A DNA stretch of 64,000 nt from Rozella allomycis CSF55 (lineage: Eukaryota). Location of the stretch: positions 1 to 64,000 of the forward strand of contig KE560907.1 in NCBI GenBank assembly GCA_000442015.1, written 5' to 3'. Shown in pieces: positions 8,431 to 21,941 of the stretch. Position 1 is the stretch's first letter; each line of letters begins with the position of its first letter. Below the pieces are notes generated by a model. That model saw nothing but the letters and a program-made list of their open reading frames with translations, did not search any database and had not been told where the DNA came from. The position numbers and the translations under genes are program-made.

Positions 8431-11416
8431 ATGACGCGTCTGGAATCGAAAAAGTAAATGCGATGATTCGGGAATATAGAACGGAGACTAATGCTTCAAA
8501 ATTAAGCTTTGATTTCAGAAGAGGGTCTAGACAGTCCATAACCGGATCAAAAATCTCACTTACCAAGACGGGCTCCATTGCTCGAATCAGGCAAAGCATT
8601 ATGCCTGATAATGTGCCGCAGGCTAATATTCAAGTGTTGGACGATCAGGGGAATGATGTCACACCGGTTTCACTGATACCAAAGAAGAAGACCCAGGGAA
8701 TGGCTAATTCTGGCTCCACTGATACTAAACGATCACACAGCAGTATTGTAAGGTTTATCATGAAAGATTAATAGTCGGAGCAGACGCAGGATTTCTTGCA
8801 CCAGTTTGAATTGAAGCAAATCTCAAATGTTTCGCAGGGNGAATTGAAGCAAATCTCTAATGTATCGCAGGGCGTTTCGAAGAAAGCTCCCACGTCGAAA
8901 TCTCAGTCTACAATGTCTGAAGATGTTGAAGATTCTTCTTCTTATACATCATACGACGATATTCAAGAGTCTCGTGAGCGTAACAGAATACTTTTCTTCG
9001 TGTCATAGAAATAATGGAAGACAAGAACCAACCAGCAATACAGGCAAAGGCATTGACAGAAAAAGACCTTAATATGAAAATCAATATCATTCTAAAAGAA
9101 ACTGAAGACATTTTATTGTATGACTTTCAAGGTAAATGTATTATTCAATGTTTGTAGGTTACTTTGTTCCACCAGATTCAATTGAAATGGATATGGCCAA
9201 AGCACAGAATATGAGATATCAGCAGGTTACATTCAGTTATAATCAATATTAGATTTTAGAGTCGAGAAGCAGAGCGGTTAATTTNTTAAATTTAGTTATA
9301 ATCAATAGTAGATTTTGGAGTCGAGAAGCAGAGCGGTCAATTTAGTTGAGCGAGGAATGCAAACATTACCAAGACTATATAAAAATAAAGACACTCAAGC
9401 TACCGCAAGAAAGCAAATAAATGTTGAATCACAAGTTAATGAGTGGAGCATTTTTGATATTTATGAAGAATTAGCAAGGGAAGAAAATCAAAAGTAAGAA
9501 AAGATAATTTTCATGTTACAGAAACGCGGATGCTCTGGAAGGAGATCCATTGGCTCTGAATAATGCCAAAAGTGATTCTCAGGGATTTAAAGAGAGTGGA
9601 AATATGACTGAAATATCTGAAGATCTATTTGCGTCAATGGATATAGATACAGTGTCAGAGTTTGCTTCATTAATGAGTACAGAAGCTACTGGCAATTCTG
9701 TGTCGGCAGCTCCAGGAGCACAAACTGCTCAGGGCAAACAACTTCAAATGCTTATGCAAGCTGAAATACCAAAACTTTCTCAATTTGATCAAGAATCTTT
9801 GATGGAATCTCTGCGAATAATGGAGAATGCTATTGTAGAAAACAATAATTTTGCAAAACTTTTTGCTTATAGAAATATTAAAGATCCAATGGAGAGAGAA
9901 ATTTCAAATGAATCCAATAATGATCTTGTTGACGACAATGAAGAACAAGCCGAGTCCAAAGTTGTTTCTGATGTTAATTCTTTAGCAACTCACCTTCCTT
10001 CTCTGCAGAATCTTTGGACATTTAGATGTGATCTTGTGAAAGGAAGACCAGTGTTGGGAATAGCATGGAATAAGAAAGACTCTGTACTTTAATTTGAACA
10101 TCTTAAGAATAGGATATTCTAGCTGTTTGCTATGGTGAAATGAATGCATTGATTCCAGGGTCTTCTGTCCATGCAAAGACTAAAGGGGTTGTTCTTTGTT
10201 GGTCTCTTTCAAACATTGAAGTAAATTGTTTTTGAAATGATAAAAGTATCCACAAAGAATTTACAAAAAAGATTCGGCAGCCATCTGTGTTGACTTTTCT
10301 AGTTGTAATCCATACCTTTTAGCTGCTGGTTTCGCCGATGGTAGCATTAGAATTTATGATGTCAGAGAAAGGCATGACGAAGCAGTTTTAGATTCATCGT
10401 AAGAAAATTAACTTTAATAAATATTTGTGAAACTGGTGGAAAGCACCATGAGGCCGTTTGGGATGTAAGATGGATAGAACGTGAAAAGCTCAACGGAGAA
10501 GAAAATTCACAAAAGGAAAGCCTAATTTCGGTTTCAAATGATAGCAGAATTTGCCAATGGATGTTGCGAAAGGGGTTAGAATATTCTGGTAACGTTTTGT
10601 CAGCATTTTTGTGAGATTTAATGGTTATGAGAAGAATATCAAAAGCTCAAACAAGTGAAAAGAATATGACATCATCTGTTATCTCTAGACATACTGGAGG
10701 TCTTTGCTTGGAATTCCACCCAGAAGATTCCGCCATGTAAATATACCATTGTAAAAATAAAAGATATCTAGTAGGAACAGAGGACGGGGATATTCATAGA
10801 TGTTCTTGTTCTTACAATGAGCAATATCTGGAAACATACATTGGGCATTCTGGGCCAGTCTATAAAGTTAAATCATCGCCATTCTTAAGTTCTGCTTTTC
10901 TTTCGTGCTCAGCCGATTGGTCTGTTTGTCTTTGGACTTTGGAAAACACCACGCCAACATTTAAATTTCAATCTGGAAGAGACGCAATCACAGATGTTGC
11001 TTGGTCACCCTTGAGTTCAACTGTTTTTGCCAACACGACAAAAGATGGAAGAATTGAAATTTGGGATCTTCGATCATCCACGTAAGTTTTATTTATATTT
11101 AGCATCAGACTCGATCCATGTGTGACTCATACAGTTCTTGACAGAGTTTTGACTTGCGTTTCATTTGCACCAGACGGGCCAATTGTTTTAACTGGTGATG
11201 ACAATGGGTCTATTTCAGTGTATAAACTAACTAGAGTGTNCAGTGTATAAACTAACCAGAGTGTATTCAGAGGCAGTGATGGAACGAATCACATCAAGAA
11301 TTTTAGGAAGTAACTCAAATTTGTACAATGCTGAAAACGATAGAAAATATCAAGCGCAAGAGTTGCAAGATATTTTGAAAAACAAAAATTTGCTTTTGGA
11401 AAATAAAAAGAAATAA
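8431..11416 (+). CDS. WD40 axonemal dynein intermediate chain (WDR78/DNAI4-like)
   Basis: LWTFRCDLVKGRPV..WN, YPQRIY, KHHEAVWDVRW, YLVGTEDGDIHRCSCSYNEQYLETYIGHSGPVY, FLSCSADW. Multi-exon. Confidence 0.85.
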
Positions 11417-11458
11417 ATCTTGTTTCATTTTTAGTTAAATGCCTCGACACTGAATTTA

Positions 11459-12525
11459 TTAAAACGACTTGTAGCCCTGGGTTTGTTGTCTTTTGTAATA
11501 ATAGAATCCTCCAGCAGCGGCCAATACCAAAAACACATAAAACCAACTAAAGCCTCCCTCTGAAGAATTCTTTATATTTGAACTGGATGAATTAAAGGAT
11601 GAAAATTTTGAATCACTGTTTCCGTTTTCATTTTGAATTTCTTGTGTTGCAACATAAATTATATCGTGGTTGTCTATGTTAAAAATTAAAAGTGACTACC
11701 AGACACTTCTCCAGTAGCAGCAGTGAATCCAAGGTATCCTTTTGATGGAAGATTCACATTATCAATGGTAAAACAGCTACTCCATTTTCCATCCCCATTA
11801 ACGGATAATTTCACCTATTTAACGTTAGTCACTGAGATTTACCTCCACTTTTTTATCATTATAGGTGATTCTAGCTCTTGTGACATGGTTAACTGCTCTA
11901 AATAATGCCTATAATATCCATGGAAAATGGTTACTTCGCATCCTCCATTTATTGAACCTGATCCATCATTCGCATGATTGAAGACCCTATTCCCATCGTT
12001 GACCATTCCTGACACGTAAGGAAATGAATTCTATTGGTAATACACAAAATATCTTACAGATTGTTTCGAGTTTGCAAAAGTATCAAAGAAGACACCAAGA
12101 CCATTAAATTTGCCAGGTCCACCAAATGCGTCGCCTCTTTCATTTGCCTGTTTCTCCGTAAACCAGAACGCAAAACCGTCCCCATGAACTCTTCTAGATG
12201 GATTTCCATGCACTTTGAATTGGAATTCTACTTCCCAATTCTTCGCTTGTAGTGGCTATTACATGTATTGCATGAACATACTGTTTTGGAAACAATGTAT
12301 CCAGCCTTGGAAGGCACATCCGGTGTGAGTCTTGCATATGAGTATGTGCTAATAACAGTGTTTCCACCATAGTCCCAAAATTTGCTCTCCGAGTCAGAAT
12401 CTTTGTCAGATATGCGTATATTCGTTACCCACATAGGGAGCAAATAGAGAATGTGTTCTTATATGTGAATATTTGATACACGAAATAAGAGACAGTGCAC
12501 AAAGGATAAGAAATGTCGTTTTCAT
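11459..12525 (-). CDS. Legume-lectin-like cargo receptor (VIP36/LMAN2 family)
   Basis: Signal peptide, RTHSLFAPY, FWDYGG, HGDGFAFWFT, FNGLGVFFDTFAN, GYLGFTAATG, then a C-terminal TM segment and a short tail ending KSF. Confidence 0.88.
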
Positions 12526-12569
12526 TGTAACGGAAATTTACGGAGAAATTTTATTTTGCATCACACATG

Positions 12570-12950
12570 TTTCAGTTCTTTGCCTTTTATCATTCTGTAA
12601 TATCTTTGAATGTACACACCACAAACAGTGATTGCAACTGTTTAAGTAATGGATGTCATATTACGAATTGACGAGAATATGTCGTAGACTAATGGCCGGC
12701 GAGTAATTTTCAGTACATTAACCATTCTACTGTACCATCTGTCTTTTAACCTTAATGGTTTATTAAATGCGGCTAGGTATAAACCATTGGCTAAATTGTA
12801 GATTGAAAATATAGTGATGGCACCCATGGTTCCAACGATTGTATAATTAGTTATTCTCCTGCTGTTGGTGGCTTTCATTATTATTTGGTCTGCACCTGCA
12901 ACAATTTCACTTTTAAATAGGACAAGTATATTTTACTCTACCGTCTCCAT
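12570..12950 (-). CDS. Small hypothetical membrane protein (3' end uncertain)
   Basis: ATG 12950 and a 27-nt intron lead into ORF 12642-12878, which has a hydrophobic segment. Confidence 0.4.
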
Positions 12951-13054
12951 TAGGAATTTCTGAATTGTGAAAATGCATTCAATTGACAGAAAAATATTAA
13001 TTAATGTCGATATAACCTCATTAACTTTCTTATGGAATATTAATAGAAATTTAT

Positions 13055-15183
13055 TTATAATTCCAGATGGTAAAAACCATCTGAATCAAGTGATGAAGAT
13101 TCGGTTAGCAAAAGGCTATCATCGCATGCTGCTGGTGTTGAAAACCCTTTTAATTATGAAATAAACATTTGATTACTAATCAAATATTCACATTTATTTG
13201 GTTCTTCACAAGATTCAAAAGTTTCCTTGTCAGAACATTCCAATTGAACCTTTAGAAGAATAAATCAATTCATTTACTTTAACAGAACGATAAGGTCCAT
13301 TCCAACATTTATCCCCATTTTTATAATCCATAACTGAATAATTTTCGCTTTCATTCCATCCAGAAAATTTTCCTAACGAAATTGTTTCAGATCCAGTGTG
13401 TTGTGTTACTTTATCAAACAAGCACAATTCAAATTCATAACTATTCTTAAATTAATTTAAATTTACGATAAAGATTTTAATTTGAAACATTTATTCACCA
13501 ATGGCCAAAATTCATTACTCTTCCCAACATCCAATTGAAGCTTCTTGTTTAAATCTTTAATTTGTGAATCTATTTCTTCAATTTCAGAATTCATTTTATC
13601 AATTTCAATCTTTTTCTTTTCAATCTCACTTTTGGCATTCGCTTCTCCGCTTCTAAAGGAATCAATTGCTGTCTTGACAAACTTTAATGGAGAAAGCCAA
13701 CTTTTATCCTTCTTCTTCAAATCTTCGTTTTCTTCTTCTTTGCTGTCTTCATACGTTTCTTCATCATTTAAAAAGTCGCGATATTCATCCCTCGCTTCTA
13801 CAGCCAATTCTGATGAAATTTCACCATCAATGTTAATTTTATCCAAAATATTTTTCAATCTTTCTATTTTATCGTTTTCAGTTGGAGTGCCTATTTTTTC
13901 TTCTTCAACTTTTAAGACTTCATCTAATTCTTTCTTTTTATTTTCTGCTTCCTGTAATTGTAACTTTAGATACTCTAATTTCTTTTCAAGATCTTTCAAT
14001 TTATTCAATTCCTTCTCTCTTTCCTGTTTCCCAGTTTCAATATATCTTTTCTTTNTGGCATTCGCTTCTCCGCTTCTAAAGGAATCAATTGCTGTCTTGA
14101 CAAACTTTAATGGAGAAAGCCAACTTTTATCCTTCTTCTTCAAATCTTCGTTTTCTTCTTCTTTGCTGTCTTCATACATTTCTTCATCATTTAAAAAGTC
14201 GCGATATTCATCCCTCGCTTCTACAACCAATTCTGATGAAATTTCACCATCAATGTTAATTTTATCCAAAATATTTTTCAATCTTTTTATTTTATCGTTT
14301 TCAGTTGGAGTGCCTATTTTTTCTTCTTCAACTTTTAAGACTTCATCTAATTCTTTCTTTTTATTTTCTGCTTCCTGTAATTGTAACTTTAGATATTCTA
14401 ATTTCTTTTCAAGATCTTGCAGTTTAATCAATTCCTTCTCTCTTTCCTGTTTCCCAGTTTCAATATATCTTTTCTTCNTTGTAATTGTAACCTTAGATAT
14501 TCCAATTTCTTTTCAAGATCTTGCAATTTATTAAATTCCTTCTCTCTTTCCTGTTTCCTAGTTTCAATATATCTTTTCTTTACTTTCAAACCTTCCTCAA
14601 CAACTTTTAAAGTCTCCAATTTGCTTAGATTTTCCAACTTGTTTATCTCAGCACATTTTGAAGGACAATCAATTCTTCCGTCATATTCATCAGACCCATC
14701 ACAACAGTCTATTAAAAAAGTTATATATCATTTACCACACACTCCATCGTTTACTCTTGAAGACTTTATAAATCCAGGTACATGTCCCTTATTGATGCAA
14801 TAGAATTTGCCATTTTGACACGCAAACGTTCCTACCTCTATTTGACCCACATTGAATACCAGGCTCGTCAGTTCCATCCTCACAATCGCAAAATCCATCA
14901 TTAACTGAGGCTATCGGAATCGTTTTAGAATTAGAATCGCAATTGAATACCGGTCCTTTATACAATTCATGCTCTAATTATGATATCGTTATAATCTTAC
15001 TATTTGGAGGAACGCCTTTAATTACATCAGCATGAGTTTCGTAAAGTAGGAACAATATTGGATACAAACATGCTAAAAGCATCCTACTGCGCCACGGCTA
15101 CGACATCTGGNGACACCTTTAATTACATCAGTGTGTATTTGGCAGAATAGGAACAATATTGGGTACAAACATGCTAAAAGCAT
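13055..15183 (-). CDS. GTB1: Glucosidase II beta subunit (PRKCSH family); internal duplications are assembly artefacts
   Basis: [31 protein letters not shown], coiled coil, MRH domain [14 protein letters not shown] and EPNKCEY. C-terminal HLEL is HDEL-like. The first exon is present twice (ATG 15082 and 15183). Confidence 0.92.
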
Positions 15184-15316
15184 CCTACTGCGCCACGGCT
15201 ATGGCATCTGTATCATCTAAACTATATATAAATCTTCATCCAAACCAATTATTGCTACTTTCTTGGTTTTCCAATCAACTTTGATAAATGCTGATTGACA
15301 ATCCTGCGCCACAAAC

Positions 15317-16396
15317 ATGGAATCATGTTGTTGTCCAAGAAATCCAAAGAATGTAACAGCAGATTACACATGCTCTGATTGTGGATTACCCATACCAGAA
15401 ATAATAGCCGCCACCAGAAATTTAGAATTAGAAATTGACGAGCTACGCCAAAAGTATGACGAAATAATAGAGCAATTGAATTTAAAAGAGGAAGAGCTGG
15501 ATAAAATATCATTAGAAAATATAAAGCTTCGAGAGACTGAAAAGTACTTGTCGTCTCAGGTGCAGCGCCTTTCGGAACATCTAAGTGATGAATCAGAGCT
15601 GCGCAAAAAGCATGAAAAGGAAAGAGACGAGCTTAATTGCGAAGTGGAAGAGTTGACAAAAAAGCTCTTTGAAGAAGCTAATAGCATGGTTCAAAAGGAA
15701 ACAAAGGCCAGACATTCCATTCAAACGAGTATGAAGCTGTTGGAAGAAAAGGTTAAATATTTAGAAAAAGAAAACGAAAGATTGTCGAAAAGCGGGGTGG
15801 ATGATAGAGACAGGAATCTTACAGAATCTGTAGTGTTTACAAACGAGGTGACGTCTCTCTTTGAATTTGGCGATCAATTTCCTGATGAAGTCTTTGATGC
15901 CATTTCAGATGTATCATTTTCAAAATTTGTTAATTATTTACTCTATTTAACCACTGGAAGCAAGCTAGACTTTTTCGACCACGAGTTTATTAAAGAAATC
16001 ATGGACACTACCATCTTTCCGTGCATTCTGTTTGATAAAGTTGATCCCAAAAAGCTGCTAGATGCTATAGTAGAATTAAAAGTAGAAATAGAGTCTGGGA
16101 ACGGAAATCCAAAAGGAGATTGCGAGCTTTGTGGAGAGCCTGTAGAAATCGCGGCATCGACCGTACGCTTGGATGGAAAGAATATGAATGCGGATATTTT
16201 CTGCACAGAGAAAATTAATTCGGTGGTTTATTTAGTAAAGATATTGAAACAATTAAAATCCATGGAACAGATGAAATCATTTGAAATGGAAACAAGTTAT
16301 CTTTTGTTCATTAATGCAATTAGACGAATATTTTATGCTAATCACAATATGACTAGAGTGATGCTGATGTTTGATAATTACATTGGCGTTGAATAA
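15317..16396 (+). CDS. SEC2: Rab GEF of the Sec2/Rabin8 family
   Basis: Coiled coil with EVEELTKKLFEEANSMV, and a C-terminal CELCG...C motif. Confidence 0.8.
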   Translation: MESCCCPRNPKNVTADYTCSDCGLPIPEIIAATRNLELEIDELRQKYDEIIEQLNLKEEELDKISLENIKLRETEKYLSSQVQRLSEHLSDESELRKKHEKERDELNCEVEELTKKLFEEANSMVQKETKARHSIQTSMKLLEEKVKYLEKENERLSKSGVDDRDRNLTESVVFTNEVTSLFEFGDQFPDEVFDAISDVSFSKFVNYLLYLTTGSKLDFFDHEFIKEIMDTTIFPCILFDKVDPKKLLDAIVELKVEIESGNGNPKGDCELCGEPVEIAASTVRLDGKNMNADIFCTEKINSVVYLVKILKQLKSMEQMKSFEMETSYLLFINAIRRIFYANHNMTRVMLMFDNYIGVE

Positions 16397-16479
16397 AATA
16401 AAATCTATTACATAATTTATGAATTATATTGTTTTATGTTTTTCACATTAAGAATTTAAGATGTGGCAAAGCATTTTTG

Positions 16480-18583
16480 ATGCCAATTAATGTTCAAGAG
16501 TTTGCTTCGCAGCAAAGAAAATTGTTGGAAATCGAAAGAAACTATGATGTTGAAGAGAGGAGCCGTTTATTATCAACACTGACGAATAATCAACTAGCAC
16601 AGCGTGGTTTAGCAATTCTCAAACTAAAGGTAGAGTCAACAGCAACAGGACTTGGAGGAAAAATGTAGTATTTTATTTTAAGAATAGTTTTAGATTAGTA
16701 ACTCTTGAGAGCATAAATTCTGGGGAAGATTTAACAAATGTAGACAAAACTAAGAGTGGAGATATTGTTTCAGTAAAGTGGAACAAGGAAGATGAAAAAA
16801 ATAAAGATTTGACTATGAATCTCACTGGGATTGTCTACAAAGTTTTGCAAAATAAAATTACGATTGCATTTAAAGATGATGTTGAATTTCCTGATGGATT
16901 TGAAGAAAAGACATTAAAAATGTAAAAATAACGATGTGATGAACAAATAGAATACATTTAACAAATGAAGTTTCTTACAAACGGATGATTGAAGCGATAG
17001 ATCATTTAGAAAAGAATTATGATAAGATGATGAATTTTCAAACATTAATTGGAAGTTTTCAACCAACATTTTCACAATCTATAGAAAGCATTCCAAATGC
17101 ACAATATTTCATGGAAAATTCTCAAAGATTTTTGTACAATCAATTTTTAAATGAGTCTCAAATTGATGCAATTTTGCTTTCTCTTTTATCCGAACAAATT
17201 TCATTCATCCATGGACCCCCTGGTAATTAGTTGTTTGAAATGTTAAAGGCACTGGGAAAACTTGCACGTTGATTGAAATAATACAACAATTAAATAAACC
17301 GAAATTGAATTTTATTGAAAAGCCTTTGCGCATTCTAGTCACGGCGCCAAGCAACATTGCAGTTGATAACATTGTTGAAAGGTTGAGCAATGCGGGGGTT
17401 GATTGTTTGAGAATTGGACATCCAGCCAGAATTCTGGAATCTATTTTCAAAACTTCTTTGGATTACAAAATAAAATATTCAAATGAATCTTTGATTGTTA
17501 AAGACATTAGAAAGGAAATTGATGATTTGTTGGCGTCTGTTTCTAAAAAGAGGGGAAAAAGAAGAAAAGTTTGGAGTGAAATCAAATTGCTAAGAAAAGA
17601 ATACAAAGAAAGAGAAAGAAATATTTCTTCATTGTTTATTAAGAATTCAAATATAATTTGTTCAACTTTAAATGGAACTGCACAGAAATTGTTACGAGAC
17701 GAAGAATTCGATGTTCTTATAGTAGACGAATGCTCACAAGCTTTGTTAGCTGAATGTTTAATTCCTTTTCCAAAGTGCAAAAGAGTTATTTTCGCTGGCG
17801 ATCCATTTCAATTGCCTCCAACCGTTCAAAACCCAAACGCAAAAGATCTCGAAGAAACTGTTTTTGATTTATTTAAAAAATTCAATAAAAAGGAATATAA
17901 AAATCTTTCTCGTTTATTAAACATTCAATATCGAATGAACGATAGGATTAACAATTGGTCTTCAAATGAATTCTACAATGGCAAACTCATTTCTCATCAT
18001 TCAGTAAAAAATCATTTACTTTCGGATTTAAACAAAAATTTTAAAGATTCTTTGCTGTCAACACCGTTTCTACTGATAGACACTTTAGGATCAAATTGTT
18101 TTGAAACTGTTCAAGACGACAGCGACGATTCCAAATACAATCAAGGTGAAGCTGATTTGGCTGTCGAACATCTAGAAAAATTAATATCATTAAACATTTC
18201 TCAAGATTCAATTGCCATTATCTCTCCATACAATGCTCAAGTACAATAACCTCTTTTATTTCAAAGGTTTCTCTTCTACGTTCCTTAATTAAACACAAAT
18301 ATTTAAACGTAGAAATTGGTTCAGTTGATGGGTTTCAAGGCAGAGAAAAGGAAGCAGTCATAATATCTCTCGTAAGATCCAATGATCATAACGATATTGG
18401 ATTTCTCTCAGAAACAAGGAGAACTAATGTCGCTATAACTCGTGCTAAAAGGCATGTATGTATTATCGGCAACAGTGAAACCTTGACCAGCTTCCCCTTT
18501 TTTGAGCGCCTAGTACACTTTATTTTTTCATTTGATAGGTCGATTACATCATGGAAAACTGCGAAGTTGAATATCTGCAATAA
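16480..18583 (+). CDS. HCS1: Upf1-like SF1 helicase (Hcs1/IGHMBP2 family)
   Basis: TGLGGK, IHGPPGTGKT, APSNIAVDNIVERL, RIGHPAR, DECSQA, GDPFQLPPTV, QYRMN, SPYNAQV, SVDGFQGREKE, RRTNVAITRA. Confidence 0.92.
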
Positions 18584-18665
18584 ATTTCTTGCCATTAAAT
18601 TATTGATTGTAACATTACGAATTTGTTTCTTCCCTCCCAATGTTATTGTTTACACTACAGAGAAA

Positions 18666-19323
18666 ATGTCAGATTCTGAAAGTGTTGCATCTGAATCCAA
18701 GCAAAAAGAACCAACCATCGGAGTAATTAAAATAATTGCAATTTAAAAGACCTACGTCGGTGAAAGAAATGAGAAAGGTGAAAGACACGGTAAAGGGCGA
18801 AACACTTTTCCCAATGGCGACGTTTACGACGGTCAATATTTAAACGGCAAAAGAAATGGGTTTGGAGTCTATTTCTTTAAAAATGGAGCATTTTATAAAG
18901 GCGAATATCTTGATCACATGAGGCATGGAAAAGGATTGTTTCTTTATCCTGATGGAACAAGATATCAAGGTATATATTTCACTATGAATTCATAAAGGCG
19001 AATTTAAAAATAACAAGAGATCTGGAGAAGGAACTTACACATATCTTAATGGTGATGTATACCAAGGAAAATGGGAAAATGATCTAAAGAGCGGCGAGGG
19101 TATTTACACGTACGCTGAAACAGGAAGCAAGAAACAGGGAGTTTGGTTGAATGGGGTGCTTCAAGGCCCAGGTCAAATAATTCATGCTGATCATGTAATC
19201 GAAGGAAATTTCAAAGACGGGATAATGCAAGTACCCGCCACAGTTAAATTTAATGCGAACGGTGATGTCATCACGGTGTCTGAAGAGCGTTTCATCGGAA
19301 AGCCATTAACAGTTTCATCATAA
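18666..19323 (+). CDS. RSPH1: MORN-repeat protein, radial spoke head 1-like
   Basis: [29 protein letters not shown] followed by successive MORN repeats. Two short introns. Confidence 0.8.
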
Positions 19324-19386
19324 TAAATGTGAAAAATCATTGTTATGTTAATTTGTTTGTATTTTAATTAATTGTTGGTTTACAAA

Positions 19387-20588
19387 ATGATCCGAGCTAC
19401 ACTATCTATCTTATTTCGCATAATTAACTTATTTATTTTATTCAATGCAATTAATTGTAAAGGAAAGTGAAGTTTTTAAGTTTAGGTGATGTGTTTATAC
19501 ATCGAAAGACTGGAAAATGCCTAGTAGCTGATGATAAATTTGAAAATGGGGTCAAAAGGTTATATATTAAAAATTGTGACGCGTCTTTCATTTGGAATAA
19601 GCGTGATGTGTCCGCGAAAAATTCTAATCAGAACGAGTGCCTAACAGCGGTCATTGACAGCGGAAACAAAATTTATCCAGTCTTTCAATTTCCCTGTCGT
19701 ACATCAATGAACTGGAAGTATTACAAAAGCAACTTGCAAACTTCCATAGGAAACAATGATATGTGCATTCATGTGTCAGGCACAGGTTCAAGTAAAACTC
19801 TCATATGTAGTTTACATGAAAGCATATTTAGACGAATGCTTTGAGAATGATGAGGATGATTTATTTGATTTGCCATTCCTGTCTGATTTTTCTGTAACGG
19901 GTGGCCGGAGCACACCTGAAGGTGATCTTAATGTTCTTGCATCATGGAATTACAATCTTTGCGGTATAAGACCAAATGACTATGGGATAATTGAGCTATC
20001 TTACAGAACGGAACTCAAGAGCTTTAATGAGAATTTCAATGTATCATTATGTGATCGCCAATTTACTCGAAACATTTCTTTCAACCCAGGTGATGCAATA
20101 AGTCTACAGATTAAAATTGCTAACAATATTTTAGACATTGAAAAAAACACATACATTCTTTTTGATTCTCTTGTCTCTCTACTGCCGACGTTAACGGTTG
20201 AACTTACTACAACTACTTCCGAAGTGTCGTACACTACTACATCTTCTAAACAGGAACTCTCTAGCATTCTCTCAAATAATGCAGTAAAATGTAGAATGAA
20301 ATATTCTAGGAATCAAATCTTGAAGAAACAATGAACACGGGCACGCTTTTAATTGTAGTTTCATCAGTTCTCGGGGTTGCTATAATATTCATTTCAGGCT
20401 CGTGTAAATTGATATCTAATTTTTATATAGTTATTTTTTTCTTGATAAGATCACGAAATAAAGCAAGAAAAAATGAAGATCAAGTCTTTGCCTCTTACAG
20501 TAGGATAATGCCAGGAATTGGAGAGATCGAGGAAAAAACTTCTACTTTACAATCATCTGGTAGCAATGAAGGATCTAATTCCCTATAA
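19387..20588 (+). CDS. Type I membrane protein with a ricin-B/beta-trefoil-like N-terminal region
   Basis: Signal peptide, three CL...C...W-type subrepeats, Thr/Ser-rich stalk, TM near 20340-20445, short tail. Confidence 0.5.
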
Positions 20589-20633
20589 TACATAATTAAA
20601 CGTATATATTTTTTTTAGGAATTTTCGTTTTCT

Positions 20634-21515
20634 ATGCTGGGGAGTGAGACAAGGAAAAGTATTCGTGAGTACACTTGCAAGTATGAAAATTGTATTATGC
20701 CTTTATCGCACCTTTGTATTCTTAACCTTGAATCCTCTGAAATTGATACCCTATTTCCAATAACTTGGCAGTAACAATTTGAATGTGAATTTAAAGAACA
20801 CAAATCCTGGTGACAACTTTAATTTGCCTGAAACGCGATCTTGTTCATGCTGAATCTTCAAGCGAATACTCTCATTGGTCTTTAACGAGCAAAAACGATC
20901 TACTAGTACTAAATGAATTTTCACACTACATAATAGCTTTCATGGCATATTTTTGAATATCTAAAGCAAAATTGGAACCTAAACATTTTAAAAAGGCTGA
21001 ACTCACAAATTGGCCTTAGATTCCAATCAAATTTAGTTAGGCGCCTTTTAACTAACCCTGAAACTCAGAAAAGACTAATTTGTGATTACAAATATTTTTC
21101 AAAATACTTTATGCTAGGATTGTTGTCAAACTTTAATTTGCTTGGTTCCTCAAAGCTAAGATGGATTAGTCTAAACACCGCCATTGCATGTGTCCTCGAC
21201 TTAGACTATTGCAACCAATGTTTTCATGAAAATGTGAAACTTTTAATGGGCGAGAATGGCATCATATTATGCAATTCTACTCTTAAAGAGATAAGGAATC
21301 TTTTAACTTTCTCCTTTTTGGAATGGATCATAAGCGATGGCCTGTCGGATTGTGTGAAGTGTGCTATCATTAAATCATTCATAGACCAGCCATCAGTGTG
21401 TGATTATCTATCATTGAATAGCTGTCATTTCAAATGTGGGAAGGCAACTGATGATTTTACTCAAGTGCTCCGATCCGCATTTCACGAAGAAATTTTTCCC
21501 GGTCTTTACATTTAA
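20634..21515 (+). CDS. Hypothetical protein, multi-exon
   Basis: Frame traced from ATG 20634 through three GT-AG introns into ORF 21111-21515. No motif recognised. Confidence 0.5.
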
Positions 21516-21856
21516 GTAATTAGGAAATGATTTTATTGACTGATAAGATGATATTTGTGAATCATTTAATTTTTGAATAAAGCTGTATACGTCCGCATTA
21601 AAATAGTTTAATTTCGTTCTAGGATCACTGTATGTTGTTGGTAATCCTGTAACATCGCATATTTTAATTCTTGGCTTTAAAGAGGGTGGTGCGTCAATAT
21701 TATAGTCTATCATAAACGTAATGCAGGGCACTTACACGTTGGAGTTCCATATGGAAGTTCTGACACCTTGTCGATAACTGCAAGTTGTTTTCTTGTTTTA
21801 TGTTTATATTTGTGTTTCGCTGGCCTCTCATTCTTCTGAATAAAGGTGGCGTTCAT
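21411..21856 (-). CDS. IES6: INO80 complex subunit Ies6/INO80C (YL1_C domain)
   Basis: TYYNIDAPPSLKPRIKICDVTGLPTTYSDPRTKLNY after a 29-nt intron. 3' end uncertain. Confidence 0.85.
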
Positions 21857-21941
21857 TGCCAAGGGTTGACAACTGTGCGATGCTGAGCTTGGAGACTGGG
21901 GAAACCAAAACAATTATATTTTGTTTGTTGTATAGAGAGAA

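Noticed and set aside
13545-14534. 329-aa plus-strand Ser/Phe-rich ORF
   Set aside because: Antisense shadow of the E/K-rich GTB1 coiled coil.
13630-14580. Internal tandem duplication in glucosidase II beta
   Set aside because: The copies are nearly identical and bounded by single Ns, so this is a haplotype or assembly artefact.
1226-16396. Secretory-pathway gene cluster (SEC7, lectin, GTB1, SEC2)
   Set aside because: The genes are interleaved with unrelated ones and no shared regulatory element was seen. Chance is sufficient in a compact genome.
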